Counted from the first letter of the stretch, positions 37,080 to 47,057 are shown. The stretch is DNA of 62,308 nt from Acidimicrobiales bacterium (GCA_050014835.1 JBEKCO010000004.1:1-62308); one strand, 5' to 3'. The notes: generated by a model from the sequence alone, not told the origin. Made by a program: numbers and translations.

Positions 37080-37660
37080 GGGACCTTCCTTCTCGCCGCG
37101 AGCCACGCGTGACGCGGACGCGGCCTAAGAACCTCTCGGTAAAAGATTGAGGGTTCGAGCGCGGAGATTCCCGGGGGAACCGGCGTCGACCGGTCCAGCT
37201 GCTCCCGGCGCGAGTCTCGCCGGGAACGACATCGGACCTACCTCTCCGCCGCCACGGACACGATCCGTGCGAACGACACTGCTCGCTCCGATTGTATAGA
37301 GCGGCCGGGCGCAGTTCCAACTACTTGCGCTATCTGCGGGCAAACATGGCCCGGCGACAGGTGCATACGGACCACGTCGAACGAACTGTTGTGCACAAAC
37401 GGACGATCCGGCTCTCCCGGAGGCAATCGCGTCGAAGTGCCCAACACCCCGACGAGGGCGACTGCCAGGAACGCGCGTCACCTGGCGCGGGTCGCGTCCC
37501 GGCGCGCCGCGCCCGGCCCGGGGCGGCTGACCGGGGGCGGATAGTCTTCGACTGCCTGCGATGCTCGCGCGCTGCGGAACCGGGGACGCTTGGCGCGAAC
37601 CACGGTCCTCGTGCCGGGCGCAACCGTCGCGGCGCAGACGGTGTGCCCGCTGGGAGGGGC

Positions 37661-38239
37661 ATGTTCTCAGGGATCGTCGAGGAGCAGGGAAGGCTCGAGC
37701 GCGTCGAAGACGGCCGCTATCGGGTCGCGGCCTCGCGCGTCGTGAGCGACGTCGAGATCGGTGACTCGATCGCGGTGGACGGCGCGTGCCTCACGATCGT
37801 CGGACACGGCACGGACTGGTTCGAAGCCGACGTCTCGCCGGAGACGCGACGACGGACCACCCTGGGGAACCGGCGTGTCGGCGACGCTGTCAACCTCGAG
37901 CGTCCCGTCCGGCTCCAGGACCGTCTCTCCGGACACGTCGTTCAGGGTCATGTCGACGGCGTCGGCGAGGTGCTCCGTGCTGCCCCCGAACTCCGGGTCC
38001 GGATCCCCGATGGCCTCATGCGCTACTGCGTGGAGAAGGGATCGATCGCCATCGACGGCGTCAGTCTCACGATCTTCGACCTCGACGGGGAGAGCTTCTC
38101 GGTCGCCGTGATCCCGTACACGGCGGAGCACACGACCCTCGGCGCGAGGTCGCCGGGCGACCCCGTCAACGTCGAGGTTGACCTGACGGCGAAACAGATC
38201 GAGAAGCTGCTCGCACCGTACCTGTCCGGGCGACCATGA
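37661..38239 (+). CDS. ribE: Riboflavin synthase (alpha chain)
   Basis: MFSGIVEE, GDSIAVDGACLT, VNLER, GHVVQGHVDG, KGSIAIDGVSLT, VNVEVD. Confidence 0.96.
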   Translation: MFSGIVEEQGRLERVEDGRYRVAASRVVSDVEIGDSIAVDGACLTIVGHGTDWFEADVSPETRRRTTLGNRRVGDAVNLERPVRLQDRLSGHVVQGHVDGVGEVLRAAPELRVRIPDGLMRYCVEKGSIAIDGVSLTIFDLDGESFSVAVIPYTAEHTTLGARSPGDPVNVEVDLTAKQIEKLLAPYLSGRP

Positions 38240-39120
38240 CCCGAGGGCCACGGGCACAGGACCCGTCGACCGCCTCCGGGGCCACCACCGCGGTCGCGGG
38301 AGGTCCGACCGGCGCGCGGATCGTCGTCGACGGCGTTCACAAGCACTTCTTCCACAATGAACAAGCGGTCGTCGCCTTGCACGACGTGAGCCTGTCGGTC
38401 GCGGCCGGCGAGTTCGTGAGCGTCATCGGTCCGAGCGGCTGCGGCAAGTCGACGCTGCTGCGCGTCATCGGCGGCCTTGTCACGCCCGACGGGGGCAGCG
38501 TCCGGGTCGACGGCGCCACGCCCGATGAAGCGCGCGCGAGGAAGCGCTTTGGTTTCGTGCCCCAGACCCCGGCGCTCCTTCCGTGGCGCTCGGTCCTCGG
38601 AAACGTGACGTTGCTGCGCGACGTCGGCCGGCGCCGCCGGCGAACCCACGGCCGCGCGACACCGGTCCCGCCAGAGGACCGGGCCCGTGACCCAATGGCG
38701 CTCCTCGAACAGGTCGGGCTCGCGCGCTTTGCCGGGTCGTTGCCGCGCGAGCTCTCCGGCGGCATGCGGCAACGGGTGAGTCTCGTGCGCGCCTTCGCCC
38801 TAGGGCCGCCGATCCTGCTCATGGACGAGCCCTTCGCCGCCCTCGACGAGTTCACGCGCGACGCGATGCGTTATCAGCTGCTCGACATCTGGAGCCAGAC
38901 CAACACGACGGTCGTCTTCGTCACTCACTCGATTCCGGAGGCGGTCATCCTGTCCGACCGGGTGATCACGATGGCCGCCCGACCCGGCCGCGTCGCCTCG
39001 GTCGAGGCGATCACGCTGGCGCGACCCCGCACCGAGGACATGGAGGACTCCGACGTCTTCGCGACGCACGCTCGCCGCGTCCGCGCGGCGCTGAGGGCGA
39101 GCTGGGAGGCGCGGACGTGA
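38236..39120 (+). CDS. NitT/TauT-type ABC transporter ATP-binding protein
   Basis: GPSGCGKST, LSGGMRQR, MDEPFAALD. Confidence 0.93.
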   Translation: MTRGPRAQDPSTASGATTAVAGGPTGARIVVDGVHKHFFHNEQAVVALHDVSLSVAAGEFVSVIGPSGCGKSTLLRVIGGLVTPDGGSVRVDGATPDEARARKRFGFVPQTPALLPWRSVLGNVTLLRDVGRRRRRTHGRATPVPPEDRARDPMALLEQVGLARFAGSLPRELSGGMRQRVSLVRAFALGPPILLMDEPFAALDEFTRDAMRYQLLDIWSQTNTTVVFVTHSIPEAVILSDRVITMAARPGRVASVEAITLARPRTEDMEDSDVFATHARRVRAALRASWEART

Positions 39121-39956
39121 GCGTCGGGGGCGGACCCCCGTCACCGGGGCTCGACCCGGACGGGCTCGCCCCGCCGACGGCCGGCTGGGCGCGGCGGGCG
39201 ACGCGCACCGTCTTGCCGGGGGTTGTCGCTTTCATCGTCGTCTTCGGTGGCTGGGAGTTCGGCGTGCGCTTCACGCACATTTCGGCGACCGAGCTCGTGG
39301 CGCCCTCGGCCATCTTCCGCGAGCTCTGGCGGGCACCGGGCTTTTTCGCGAGCAATGCCTGGGTCACGATCCAGGAAGCTTTCTGGGGCTTCCTCGTGGC
39401 CTTCGGCGTCGCGCTCACGGCTGCCGTCGTCGTCGTGCATTCGCGAGTGATGGATCGCGCCCTAACCCCGATCGTCGTCATGCTGCAGGTCACCCCCATC
39501 CTCGCCCTCGCCCCGCCGCTCGTCGTCTGGCTCGGGTTCGGGCCGCAGCCGAAGATCGTCATGGCCGCGCTCATCACCTTCGTCCCGTTGTTCACGAACG
39601 CGACGGTCGGGTTCCGAGCCGTCGACCCCGCCACCTACGAGGTCATGCGCTCGGTCGACGCCAGCAGGTCGGAGATCTTTTTCCGGTTGCGGGTTCCGCA
39701 CAGCCTGCCGTACCTGCTCGCCGCCACGCGGGTCTGCGTCGGCCTGGCCCTCATCGGAGCCGTCGTCGCCGAGTTCTTCGACTCCTCGGCCGGTCTCGGC
39801 TACATCATGGCGGGAGCTCAGGCGAACTACGAGGCGGCCGTCGTATGGGCCGCGATCTTCGCTCTCGTTTTCATCGGCGTCGTGCTCGTCGGCCTCGTCA
39901 CCGTCGTGCAGCACCGGCTCCTGCGCTGGTCGGGGGTCGACGTGGCCCAGACCTAG
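39117..39956 (+). CDS. NitT/TauT-type ABC permease (RibX/ThiX-like)
   Basis: QVTPILALAP, LRVPHSLPY, IGAVVAEF. Confidence 0.92.
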   Translation: MSVGGGPPSPGLDPDGLAPPTAGWARRATRTVLPGVVAFIVVFGGWEFGVRFTHISATELVAPSAIFRELWRAPGFFASNAWVTIQEAFWGFLVAFGVALTAAVVVVHSRVMDRALTPIVVMLQVTPILALAPPLVVWLGFGPQPKIVMAALITFVPLFTNATVGFRAVDPATYEVMRSVDASRSEIFFRLRVPHSLPYLLAATRVCVGLALIGAVVAEFFDSSAGLGYIMAGAQANYEAAVVWAAIFALVFIGVVLVGLVTVVQHRLLRWSGVDVAQT

Positions 39957-40019
39957 CCGGCTTGTGCACGACGATCGTTCCTGGGACTGTTGGATGGAAC
40001 CGAGCTAAGGGGCAACTCC

Positions 40020-41159
40020 GTGTCCAGGGCCAATCGTCGCCGCGCGCTCGCGGGTGTCGCGCTCAGCTGGGGCGCGCTAGTAATGGTGACCGGCGCGACC
40101 GGCCCGTCCGCGGCGGCAACCAGTCCGGGACAGCTGGTGCCGCTGTCGGCGGCGACCGGCGTGACCGCCAAGGGGATCTCGCCCGCCGAGTGCGCGGCGA
40201 ACCGCCGCGCCGGGACGATCATCTTCGTCACGAGCTACAGCTACGCGCCGGCGGCGTCGATCGCCGACGTCGTCGTCGCGGCCCGTCGCGGCTACTTCAA
40301 GGACATGTGCCTGCACGTGACGCTGCAGCCGGGCTTCAGCACGGACAACGTCGCGCTCGTGAGCGCCGATCGCGTCCAGATCAGCTCGCTCGGCTCGGAC
40401 AGCGAGGTGCTCGCGGCCCGGGCCGACGGTGCCCACCTGGAAGGCGTGCTCACCTACGGACGCACCGCGATCTCCGAGCTCATCACGCCGGGAAGCGTGA
40501 AGGTCACGAACCTCCGACAGCTCGACGGCACGACCGTCGGCATCAAAGGGGCGCTGCCCTACGAGGTCGAGGCGATGCTCGCCAGGGCCGGCGTCGACAT
40601 CGCCTCGCTGCGCAAGGTCCAGGTCGGCTATAACCCCGTCATCATCGACCAGGGACGCATCATGGCCCTGCCGGTCTACAAGTCGAACGAGATCCGCGAG
40701 CTGAACGTCCTCGGCTACAAGTACAAGGTCTGGGACCCCTCGAACTACGGGGTCGCGGCCTCCTTCGCCGCGCTCGTCGTGAACACCGGTTTCGCCGACG
40801 CCCACCCGACCGCGGTCGCGGACTTCTTGCGCGCCGATCTCGCCGGGTTCTGGTGGGGGTACCGCCACCAGAACCAGGCCGTCGCCTACTGCGAGGACCT
40901 CGTCCCGCCGGAGCTCGGCATCACCCGCCCGGTCGGGAGGTTCCGTTGGCGGGTCGAGTCGGGTCTCGTCGTCCGCGACACCCAGGCCGGCGACGAGCTC
41001 GGTGCCCCGGACTTCTCGCTCATCGCAAACGAGTACGCGCAGGACGTCCGACTCCATCTCATCCCGGCGGGCGTCGACATCCACCGGGCCTTCGACCCGA
41101 ACTTCGTCGCCGCGATCTACCACGGCACGCGGCTCGTCTGGCCGACGAAGTTCCACTGA
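40020..41159 (+). CDS. NMT1/THI5-like ABC substrate-binding protein (RibY/ThiY-like)
   Basis: Signal peptide, A..RGYFKD..L, YKSNE; operon context. Confidence 0.82.
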   Translation: MSRANRRRALAGVALSWGALVMVTGATGPSAAATSPGQLVPLSAATGVTAKGISPAECAANRRAGTIIFVTSYSYAPAASIADVVVAARRGYFKDMCLHVTLQPGFSTDNVALVSADRVQISSLGSDSEVLAARADGAHLEGVLTYGRTAISELITPGSVKVTNLRQLDGTTVGIKGALPYEVEAMLARAGVDIASLRKVQVGYNPVIIDQGRIMALPVYKSNEIRELNVLGYKYKVWDPSNYGVAASFAALVVNTGFADAHPTAVADFLRADLAGFWWGYRHQNQAVAYCEDLVPPELGITRPVGRFRWRVESGLVVRDTQAGDELGAPDFSLIANEYAQDVRLHLIPAGVDIHRAFDPNFVAAIYHGTRLVWPTKFH

Positions 41160-41204
41160 CCGCGCTCTGACCGGGCCCGGCCCGCGCGGACGAAGGGCGC
41201 GGCT

Positions 41205-43259
41205 CTAGGAGGTCGTCACCTTGCGTTTCTCGAGCCTGTCGGCAAGGTGTGCCGGCAGCTCGGCGTAGTGGTCGAACGTCACGCTGAACCGTCCCCGGCC
41301 GCCCGTCAGCGAGCGGAGGTCGGCCGCGTAATGGCCGAGCTCGCTCGCCGGGCAGAGCGCGGCAATCGTCTGCGCCCCGTCGGCGTCGCTCGCGCTCGAC
41401 AACACCCGCCCGCGGCGGCTGTTGAGATCCCCGAGGACGTCACCCTGGTAGCGGGCGGGGCAGTAGACCTCGACCCGGTCGATCGGCTCGAGCACGACGG
41501 GCCCCGCCTGCTCGAAGGCGAGCGCGAAACCGAGCGCCCCCGCCATCTCAAAACTCGCCTCCGACGAGTCGACGGTGTGGAACTTGCCGTCGTCGCAGAT
41601 GACCCGGGTGTCGACGACGGGGTAGCCGAAGATCCCGCCCTGGTTCATCGCCCGGCGCACGCCCTTCTCGACGGCCGGGATGAACTGGCGGGGGATAGCA
41701 CCCCCGACGATCTTGTCGACGAACTCGAAGCCGGAGCCCCGCTCCAGGGGCTCGACCCGGAGGTGCACGACACCGAACTGGCCGTGACCCCCGCTCTGCT
41801 TCTTGTGCCGTCCCTCCGCCTCCGCGGTCTTGCTGATGGCCTCCCGGTACGGGATCCGCAGGTCCTCGGTTTCGAGGTCGACGGAGAACTTGCGGTGGAG
41901 GCGTTCGCAGATGACCTGGAGGTGCGTCTCGCCCATTCCCGACAGCACGGTCTGATGGGTCTCGTCGTCCCGGCGCACCGCGAACGAGGGGTCCTCCTCC
42001 TGGAGGCGATGCAGGCCCGTCATCATCCGGTCCTCGTCGCCGGCGGTGCGCGGCTTCACGGCGATCGAGAAGGCCGGCGGCGTCACCGACCCGAACTCGA
42101 CGGTGACCGGGGACGACTTCGGGGCCAGCGTGTCACCAGTGCGCGTCTCGGCGAGTTTCGGGATCGCGACGATGTCGCCGGCCACGGCCTCCGACACCGG
42201 GGCCGCCTCCTTGCCCCGCATCTGCTCGAGCACGTGCAGACGCTCGTCCGAGCGGGTCCGCGTGTTCACGAGCACGACGTCGGGGCGCAGCGTCCCGGAG
42301 ACGATCTGGAGCAACGAGATCCGGCCGACGAAGGGGTCGACGATCGTCTTGAAGACCCGGGCGAGCGGCTCGGCGGCCGCGTCGTCAGGAACCTCAATCG
42401 ACTGATCGCCCGCCCGGCCGTGCACCCGTCGTTGCGGCGGGATGGCGCAGACGAGGTCGAGCAGCCGGTCGAGACCGACATCCTGTAGAGCCGAGCCACA
42501 CACGACGGGGAACACCGTCCCGGCGACGACGCCGACCGCCAGCGCCCGGGCGAGCTCGGCCGGCGCGGGGATGTCGCCTTCGAGGTAGCGCTCCATCAGA
42601 CCGTCGTCGGCGACGACGATGCCCTCGACGAGGTCGTCCCGCAGGCCGCCGGCGCGGTCGACGAGGTCGGCGGGCACGGGGCCCGTCGCGGGCTTGCCAC
42701 CGGAGTAGCTGATCGCCTCGTCGGCGAGGAGGTCGACGAGGCCGTGGAAGTCCGCCTCCGCCCCCACCGGGAGCTGGAGGGGCGCGATGCCCGCCCCGAA
42801 GGTCTGCCGGAGCCCCTCGAGGGTGCGGGCGTAGTCGGCGCGCTCACGGTCGAGCTTGTTGACGAAGACGATCCGCGGCACGCCGCGGTCCGCGGCAAGC
42901 CGCCACACCGCCTCGGTCTGGACCTCGACCCCCTCGACCGCACTCACGACGACGACCGCCAGATCGGCGACGTCGAGGGCGAGCTCGACCTCGCCGATGA
43001 AGTCGACGAATCCGGGGGTGTCGACCAAGTTCACCTTGTGGTCGTCCCAGGTGATCGGCGCGATCGCCATCGAGACCGAGATGTGCCGCTTCACCTCCTC
43101 GGGTTCGAAATCCGAGACGGTCGTCCCGTCCTCGACGCGGCCCTTGCGTGCGATCACCCCCGTGAGGAGCAACAAGGACTCGGTTAGCGTCGTCTTTCCG
43201 GTTCCACCGTGCCCGATGAGGACGACGTTCCGGATCTGGCCGGGCGACAGGTTGCTCAA
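41205..43259 (-). CDS. Elongation factor G paralogue (EF-G2-like)
   Basis: GHGGTGKT, DTPG, NKLD, KKQSGGHGQF; effector loop RHISV instead of RGITI; AAGGAGG before TTG 43259. Confidence 0.92.
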   Translation of the reverse strand: MSNLSPGQIRNVVLIGHGGTGKTTLTESLLLLTGVIARKGRVEDGTTVSDFEPEEVKRHISVSMAIAPITWDDHKVNLVDTPGFVDFIGEVELALDVADLAVVVVSAVEGVEVQTEAVWRLAADRGVPRIVFVNKLDRERADYARTLEGLRQTFGAGIAPLQLPVGAEADFHGLVDLLADEAISYSGGKPATGPVPADLVDRAGGLRDDLVEGIVVADDGLMERYLEGDIPAPAELARALAVGVVAGTVFPVVCGSALQDVGLDRLLDLVCAIPPQRRVHGRAGDQSIEVPDDAAAEPLARVFKTIVDPFVGRISLLQIVSGTLRPDVVLVNTRTRSDERLHVLEQMRGKEAAPVSEAVAGDIVAIPKLAETRTGDTLAPKSSPVTVEFGSVTPPAFSIAVKPRTAGDEDRMMTGLHRLQEEDPSFAVRRDDETHQTVLSGMGETHLQVICERLHRKFSVDLETEDLRIPYREAISKTAEAEGRHKKQSGGHGQFGVVHLRVEPLERGSGFEFVDKIVGGAIPRQFIPAVEKGVRRAMNQGGIFGYPVVDTRVICDDGKFHTVDSSEASFEMAGALGFALAFEQAGPVVLEPIDRVEVYCPARYQGDVLGDLNSRRGRVLSSASDADGAQTIAALCPASELGHYAADLRSLTGGRGRFSVTFDHYAELPAHLADRLEKRKVTTS

Positions 43260-43363
43260 CGACCGAACCTCCTTGCGCAGCGGTTGGCGGGGTTCCCGCA
43301 TCGTAGGCGGAGGGTCGGGCCACAGCGAGGCCGCGTCGCGGGCAGGGCCGTTAGTCTCACCTC

Positions 43364-43822
43364 ATGGGTCCCGGTGACGTCGCGCCCGACTTCTCCCTGC
43401 CCGACGAGAACGGGGTCGAGCGCTCGCTCGCCGAGTTCCTCGCCACGGGCCCCGTCGTCCTCTACTTCTACCCCGCGGCGATGACCCCCGGCTGCACCGC
43501 CGAGAGCTGCCACTTCCGCGACCTCTCCGCCGAGTTCACCGCGCTGGGCGCCTCCCGGGTCGGCGTCAGCCACGACGACGCGGCGACCCAGAAGCGCTTC
43601 TCGGTTCGCCACGGATTCGACTTTCCCCTCCTCGCCGACGTCGACGGCACCGTCGCCCGCTGCTACGGGGTCCATCGGTCCGTCCGGGCGCTCCCCACCC
43701 GGCGCTGGACCTTCGTCATCGACCGCGAGGGGCGCATCGCCGAGGTGATCAAGAGCGAGACCCGCATGGCGGCGCACGCCGACCGCGCGCTCGCCGCGCT
43801 CCGGGTGATCGCCGCGGGCTGA
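43364..43822 (+). CDS. bcp: Peroxiredoxin Bcp/PrxQ
   Basis: FYPAAMTPGCTAESC. Confidence 0.92.
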   Translation: MGPGDVAPDFSLPDENGVERSLAEFLATGPVVLYFYPAAMTPGCTAESCHFRDLSAEFTALGASRVGVSHDDAATQKRFSVRHGFDFPLLADVDGTVARCYGVHRSVRALPTRRWTFVIDREGRIAEVIKSETRMAAHADRALAALRVIAAG

Positions 43823-43878
43823 CCCGCCCGCGGGGCCGACGGAGGAGCGTCGCGCGGTCGCCTCGGTAGCCTGCCAGC

Positions 43879-45153
43879 GTGCGCGGGCGGCGGCTGCTCA
43901 TCGACACCGGGCCGCTGAGGACGAATCCCCCGTACCGCCGGCTGTGGTCCGGCTACCTCGTCAGCACCTTCGGCAGCGAGATCACGCTCGTCGCGGTGCC
44001 GTTCCAGGTCTACCGGATGACCCACTCGACACTCGACGTCGGGCTCGTCAGCCTGGCCCAGCTCGGCCCGTTGCTCGTCGGCTCCTTCGGCGGCGGGGCG
44101 ATCGCCGACGCTTTCAACCGCCGGCGGCTCCTCGTTGTCACCCAGCTCCTGCTCGCCGCCACGAGCCTCGGCCTCGCGCTGAACGCCCATGCCGCCCGGC
44201 CGGCGCTCTGGGCGGTGTTCGTCGCCAGCGCGGCCGCTGCCGGGATCTCCGGCGTCGACGGGCCGACGCGGACCGCCCTCGTCGCCGACCTCGTCGAGCG
44301 CGACTCACTCACCCAGGCGATGGCGTTGTGGCAGCTCATGTTCAGCCTGAACATCGTCGTCGGCCCGGCGCTCGCCGGTGTGCTCATCGGCCGGTTCGGC
44401 CTGGCGGCCGCCTACTGGGTCGACGTCGCGACCTTCGCCGCCTCGCTCGTCAGCATCCTGCGCCTCTCGTTCCCGGCGACGACCGTCGGGCGCCAGCTCC
44501 TCACCCCGGCCGCCTTCCTCGGGGGTCTGCGGTACCTCGCGCGCCACCAGGTCCTCCAGGCCGTCTATCTCGTCGACCTGAACGCGATGGTCTTCGGGAT
44601 GCCCCGCGCCCTTTTCCCGGCGCTCGCCGTCCTGCGCTTCCACGGCGGCGCCGAGACCGTCGGGCTGCTCTACGCCGCGCCGGGGGCGGGGGCGCTCCTC
44701 GGGGCGGCGTCCGCCGGCTGGGTAACGACGGTCCGCCGTCAGGGGCTCGCCGTGCTGGTCGCCGTGGCGGCCTGGGGACTCGCCATCACCGCCTTCGGAT
44801 TCGCGACGGCCCTCGGCCTCGCCCTCGTGCTCCTCGTCGCCGCCGGCGCGGCCGACGTCATCTCGGCGGTCTTCCGCTCGACGATCCTCCAGCTCGAGGC
44901 CCCCGACGAGCTGCGCGGGCGCCTCCAGGCCGTCCAGACCGCGGTCGTGACGGGGGGACCGCGCCTCGGCGACCTCGAGTCCGGGGCGGTCGCCGCGGCG
45001 ATCGGGGTCGCGAACTCGGTGATCGCCGGCGGCGCCATGTGCCTCGTCGGCGTCGCGGTTCTCGCCCAACGCCTGCCGCATTTCGCATCGTTCGTCGCGC
45101 ACCGGCGGGCTCCGGGTGGAGGCGCACCCGGCGGGAGCGATGTGGAAGGGTAG
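43879..45153 (+). CDS. MFS transporter (EntS-like)
   Basis: 12 TMs, GGAIADAFNRR, AMVFGMPRALFP, PDELRGR. Confidence 0.9.
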   Translation: MRGRRLLIDTGPLRTNPPYRRLWSGYLVSTFGSEITLVAVPFQVYRMTHSTLDVGLVSLAQLGPLLVGSFGGGAIADAFNRRRLLVVTQLLLAATSLGLALNAHAARPALWAVFVASAAAAGISGVDGPTRTALVADLVERDSLTQAMALWQLMFSLNIVVGPALAGVLIGRFGLAAAYWVDVATFAASLVSILRLSFPATTVGRQLLTPAAFLGGLRYLARHQVLQAVYLVDLNAMVFGMPRALFPALAVLRFHGGAETVGLLYAAPGAGALLGAASAGWVTTVRRQGLAVLVAVAAWGLAITAFGFATALGLALVLLVAAGAADVISAVFRSTILQLEAPDELRGRLQAVQTAVVTGGPRLGDLESGAVAAAIGVANSVIAGGAMCLVGVAVLAQRLPHFASFVAHRRAPGGGAPGGSDVEG

Positions 45154-45157
45154 GGCC

Positions 45158-45835
45158 ATGAAAGTCGGCATCGTCGGAGGGACCGGACCCGCGGGGCGCG
45201 CCCTCGGGGCGCGGTTGGCAGCCGCGGGCTCGACGGTCGTGCTCGGCTCGCGGGATGCGGCCCGAGCCGCGGAGGCGGCTCGGGAGATCACCGCGCGCTG
45301 GCGGGGCCACGCCCTCGAGCTCGCGGGCGCACCGAACGCGGAGGCGGCGACAGCGGACATCGTCGTGCTCGCCACCGTGTGGGACGCCACCGTGGCGACG
45401 GCGGTCCAGCTCGCGCCCCAGCTCACCGGTCGCGTCGTCGTGTCGATGGCGAACGCCATCACCCGGGTCGGTCCCGAGTTCGAGGCGCTCGTGCCGGTGC
45501 GCGGCTCCATCGCCGCGACGGTCCAGGCCGCCGTGCCCGGCGCCCGGGTGACGGCCGCCTTCCAGCACCTCCCGGCGGGGCGCCTCGGCGAGCTCGACCT
45601 CCCGATCGAGGCAGACGTCCTCGTCTGCGCCGACGACGACGAGGCCGGTCTGGCGACGGTCCGCCTCGTCGAGACGGTCCCGGGGCTCCGGGGAGTGCGC
45701 GCCGGGTCGCTCGCGGCCGCAGCCGCCGTCGAGTCGCTCACCGCCGTGCTGGTCAACGTCAACGTCCGCTACCGGACGCACACGACGCTTCGCCTCGCGG
45801 GCCTGCCGCCACGAGAGGGGGGCGCTTCGCGGTGA
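45158..45835 (+). CDS. npdG: NADPH-dependent F420 reductase
   Basis: IVGGTGPAG, GSRDAARA, AAFQHLPA, ESLTAVLVNVN.RY. Confidence 0.85.
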   Translation: MKVGIVGGTGPAGRALGARLAAAGSTVVLGSRDAARAAEAAREITARWRGHALELAGAPNAEAATADIVVLATVWDATVATAVQLAPQLTGRVVVSMANAITRVGPEFEALVPVRGSIAATVQAAVPGARVTAAFQHLPAGRLGELDLPIEADVLVCADDDEAGLATVRLVETVPGLRGVRAGSLAAAAAVESLTAVLVNVNVRYRTHTTLRLAGLPPREGGASR

Positions 45836-46950
45836 CGATGCAGCTCTACGAGACGGCACGCCGCGAGATCGTGCCGTTCGAGCCGGGCCACGTCGTCACC
45901 ATGTACACCTGCGGGATCACGCCTTACGACGCGGCGCACCTCGGGCACGCCGCGACCTACCTCACCTACGACGTGCTGCAACGGCGGTTGCGCGATCTCG
46001 GCCACGAGACGCGCTGCGTGCGCAACGTGACCGATGTCGATGACGACATCCTGGCCAAGGCGCGCAGCCTCGGCGTGCACTACCTCGACCTCGCCGCCGA
46101 GGAAACCGCCCGTTTCGACTCAGAGATGCGCGCGCTCGGGATCCTGCCGAGTTACTCCGAGCCACGCGCGACGTCGGCGATACCGGACATCCTCGGCTTC
46201 ATCGGGATGGTGCTCGAGTCGGGACACGCCTACCAGGCCGGTGGCGGCGTGTACTTCGACGTGTCGTCGTTCCCCCGCTTCGGCCGTCTGAGCGGTCTCG
46301 ACCGCGCGGCGATGCTCGCGATCGCCGCCGAACGCGGCGGCAACGTCGATGATCCGCTCAAGCGGGATCCCCTCGATTTCGTTCTCTGGCAGCCGTCGCT
46401 CACCGGCGAGCCGGCCTGGGACTCGCTGTGGGGACCAGGACGCCCGGGTTGGCACATCGAGTGCTCGGCGCTCGCGATGCGCGAGCTCGGTCTCACGATC
46501 GACCTCCACGGCGGGGGCACCGATCTCATCTTCCCGCACCACGAGTGCGAGGCCGCCCAGTCGGAAGCGGCGACGGGGGAAACCTTCGTACGCCACTGGA
46601 TGCACGTCGGCATGGTCCGCCTGGGCGGGGAGAAGATGGCGAAATCCCTGGGGAACCTCGTCTTCGTCGGCGAACTCCTGGCCGATCACGAACCCGGCGT
46701 GCTCCGGCTCGCGCTCCTGTCCCACCACTACCGCACCGAGCTCGACTGGGAGAAAGGGCTCCTCGACGAGGCGACCGCGCGCCTCGACGCCTGGCGCCGT
46801 GGCGGCGTGGGTTCGGCCGCGCTCGACGAGGTGCGCGCCCGGCTGGACGACGACCTCGACACCCCGGGCGCGCTGGTCGCGATCGACGACGCGGCGCGGT
46901 CCGGTCACGGCGTCTCAGAGGCCGCCGCGCTCCTCGGCGTCGCGTGGTGA
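45832..46950 (+). CDS. mshC: MshC-like cysteine:GlcN-Ins ligase (CysRS-like, no anticodon domain)
   Basis: CGITPYDAAHLGHAATY, GRPGWHIEC, DLIFPHHE, KMAKSLGN; ~372 aa. Confidence 0.78.
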   Translation: MTMQLYETARREIVPFEPGHVVTMYTCGITPYDAAHLGHAATYLTYDVLQRRLRDLGHETRCVRNVTDVDDDILAKARSLGVHYLDLAAEETARFDSEMRALGILPSYSEPRATSAIPDILGFIGMVLESGHAYQAGGGVYFDVSSFPRFGRLSGLDRAAMLAIAAERGGNVDDPLKRDPLDFVLWQPSLTGEPAWDSLWGPGRPGWHIECSALAMRELGLTIDLHGGGTDLIFPHHECEAAQSEAATGETFVRHWMHVGMVRLGGEKMAKSLGNLVFVGELLADHEPGVLRLALLSHHYRTELDWEKGLLDEATARLDAWRRGGVGSAALDEVRARLDDDLDTPGALVAIDDAARSGHGVSEAAALLGVAW

Positions 46951-47057
46951 GCCTCCAAAGTCACCTCGGGTCGACCCATTAGGCTGTGCCGGAACGCGCA
47001 ACGACGTCGCACAGCGCCGCGGCTGGCATTGCATCACCTGGAATCGAGGGTCACCGC

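Noticed and set aside
37130-37660. FMN, c-di-GMP-I or ZTP riboswitch
   Set aside because: Only fragments are present (e.g. GGGCAAAC at ~37338); the conserved partner motifs are missing
10940-41200. attR copy of the tRNA-Val 3' end and an integrase
   Set aside because: No repeat of GTCCGCCAGCGCCCACC and no recombinase ORF found by eye; GAGGGTTCGAG at ~37150 does not match the tRNA
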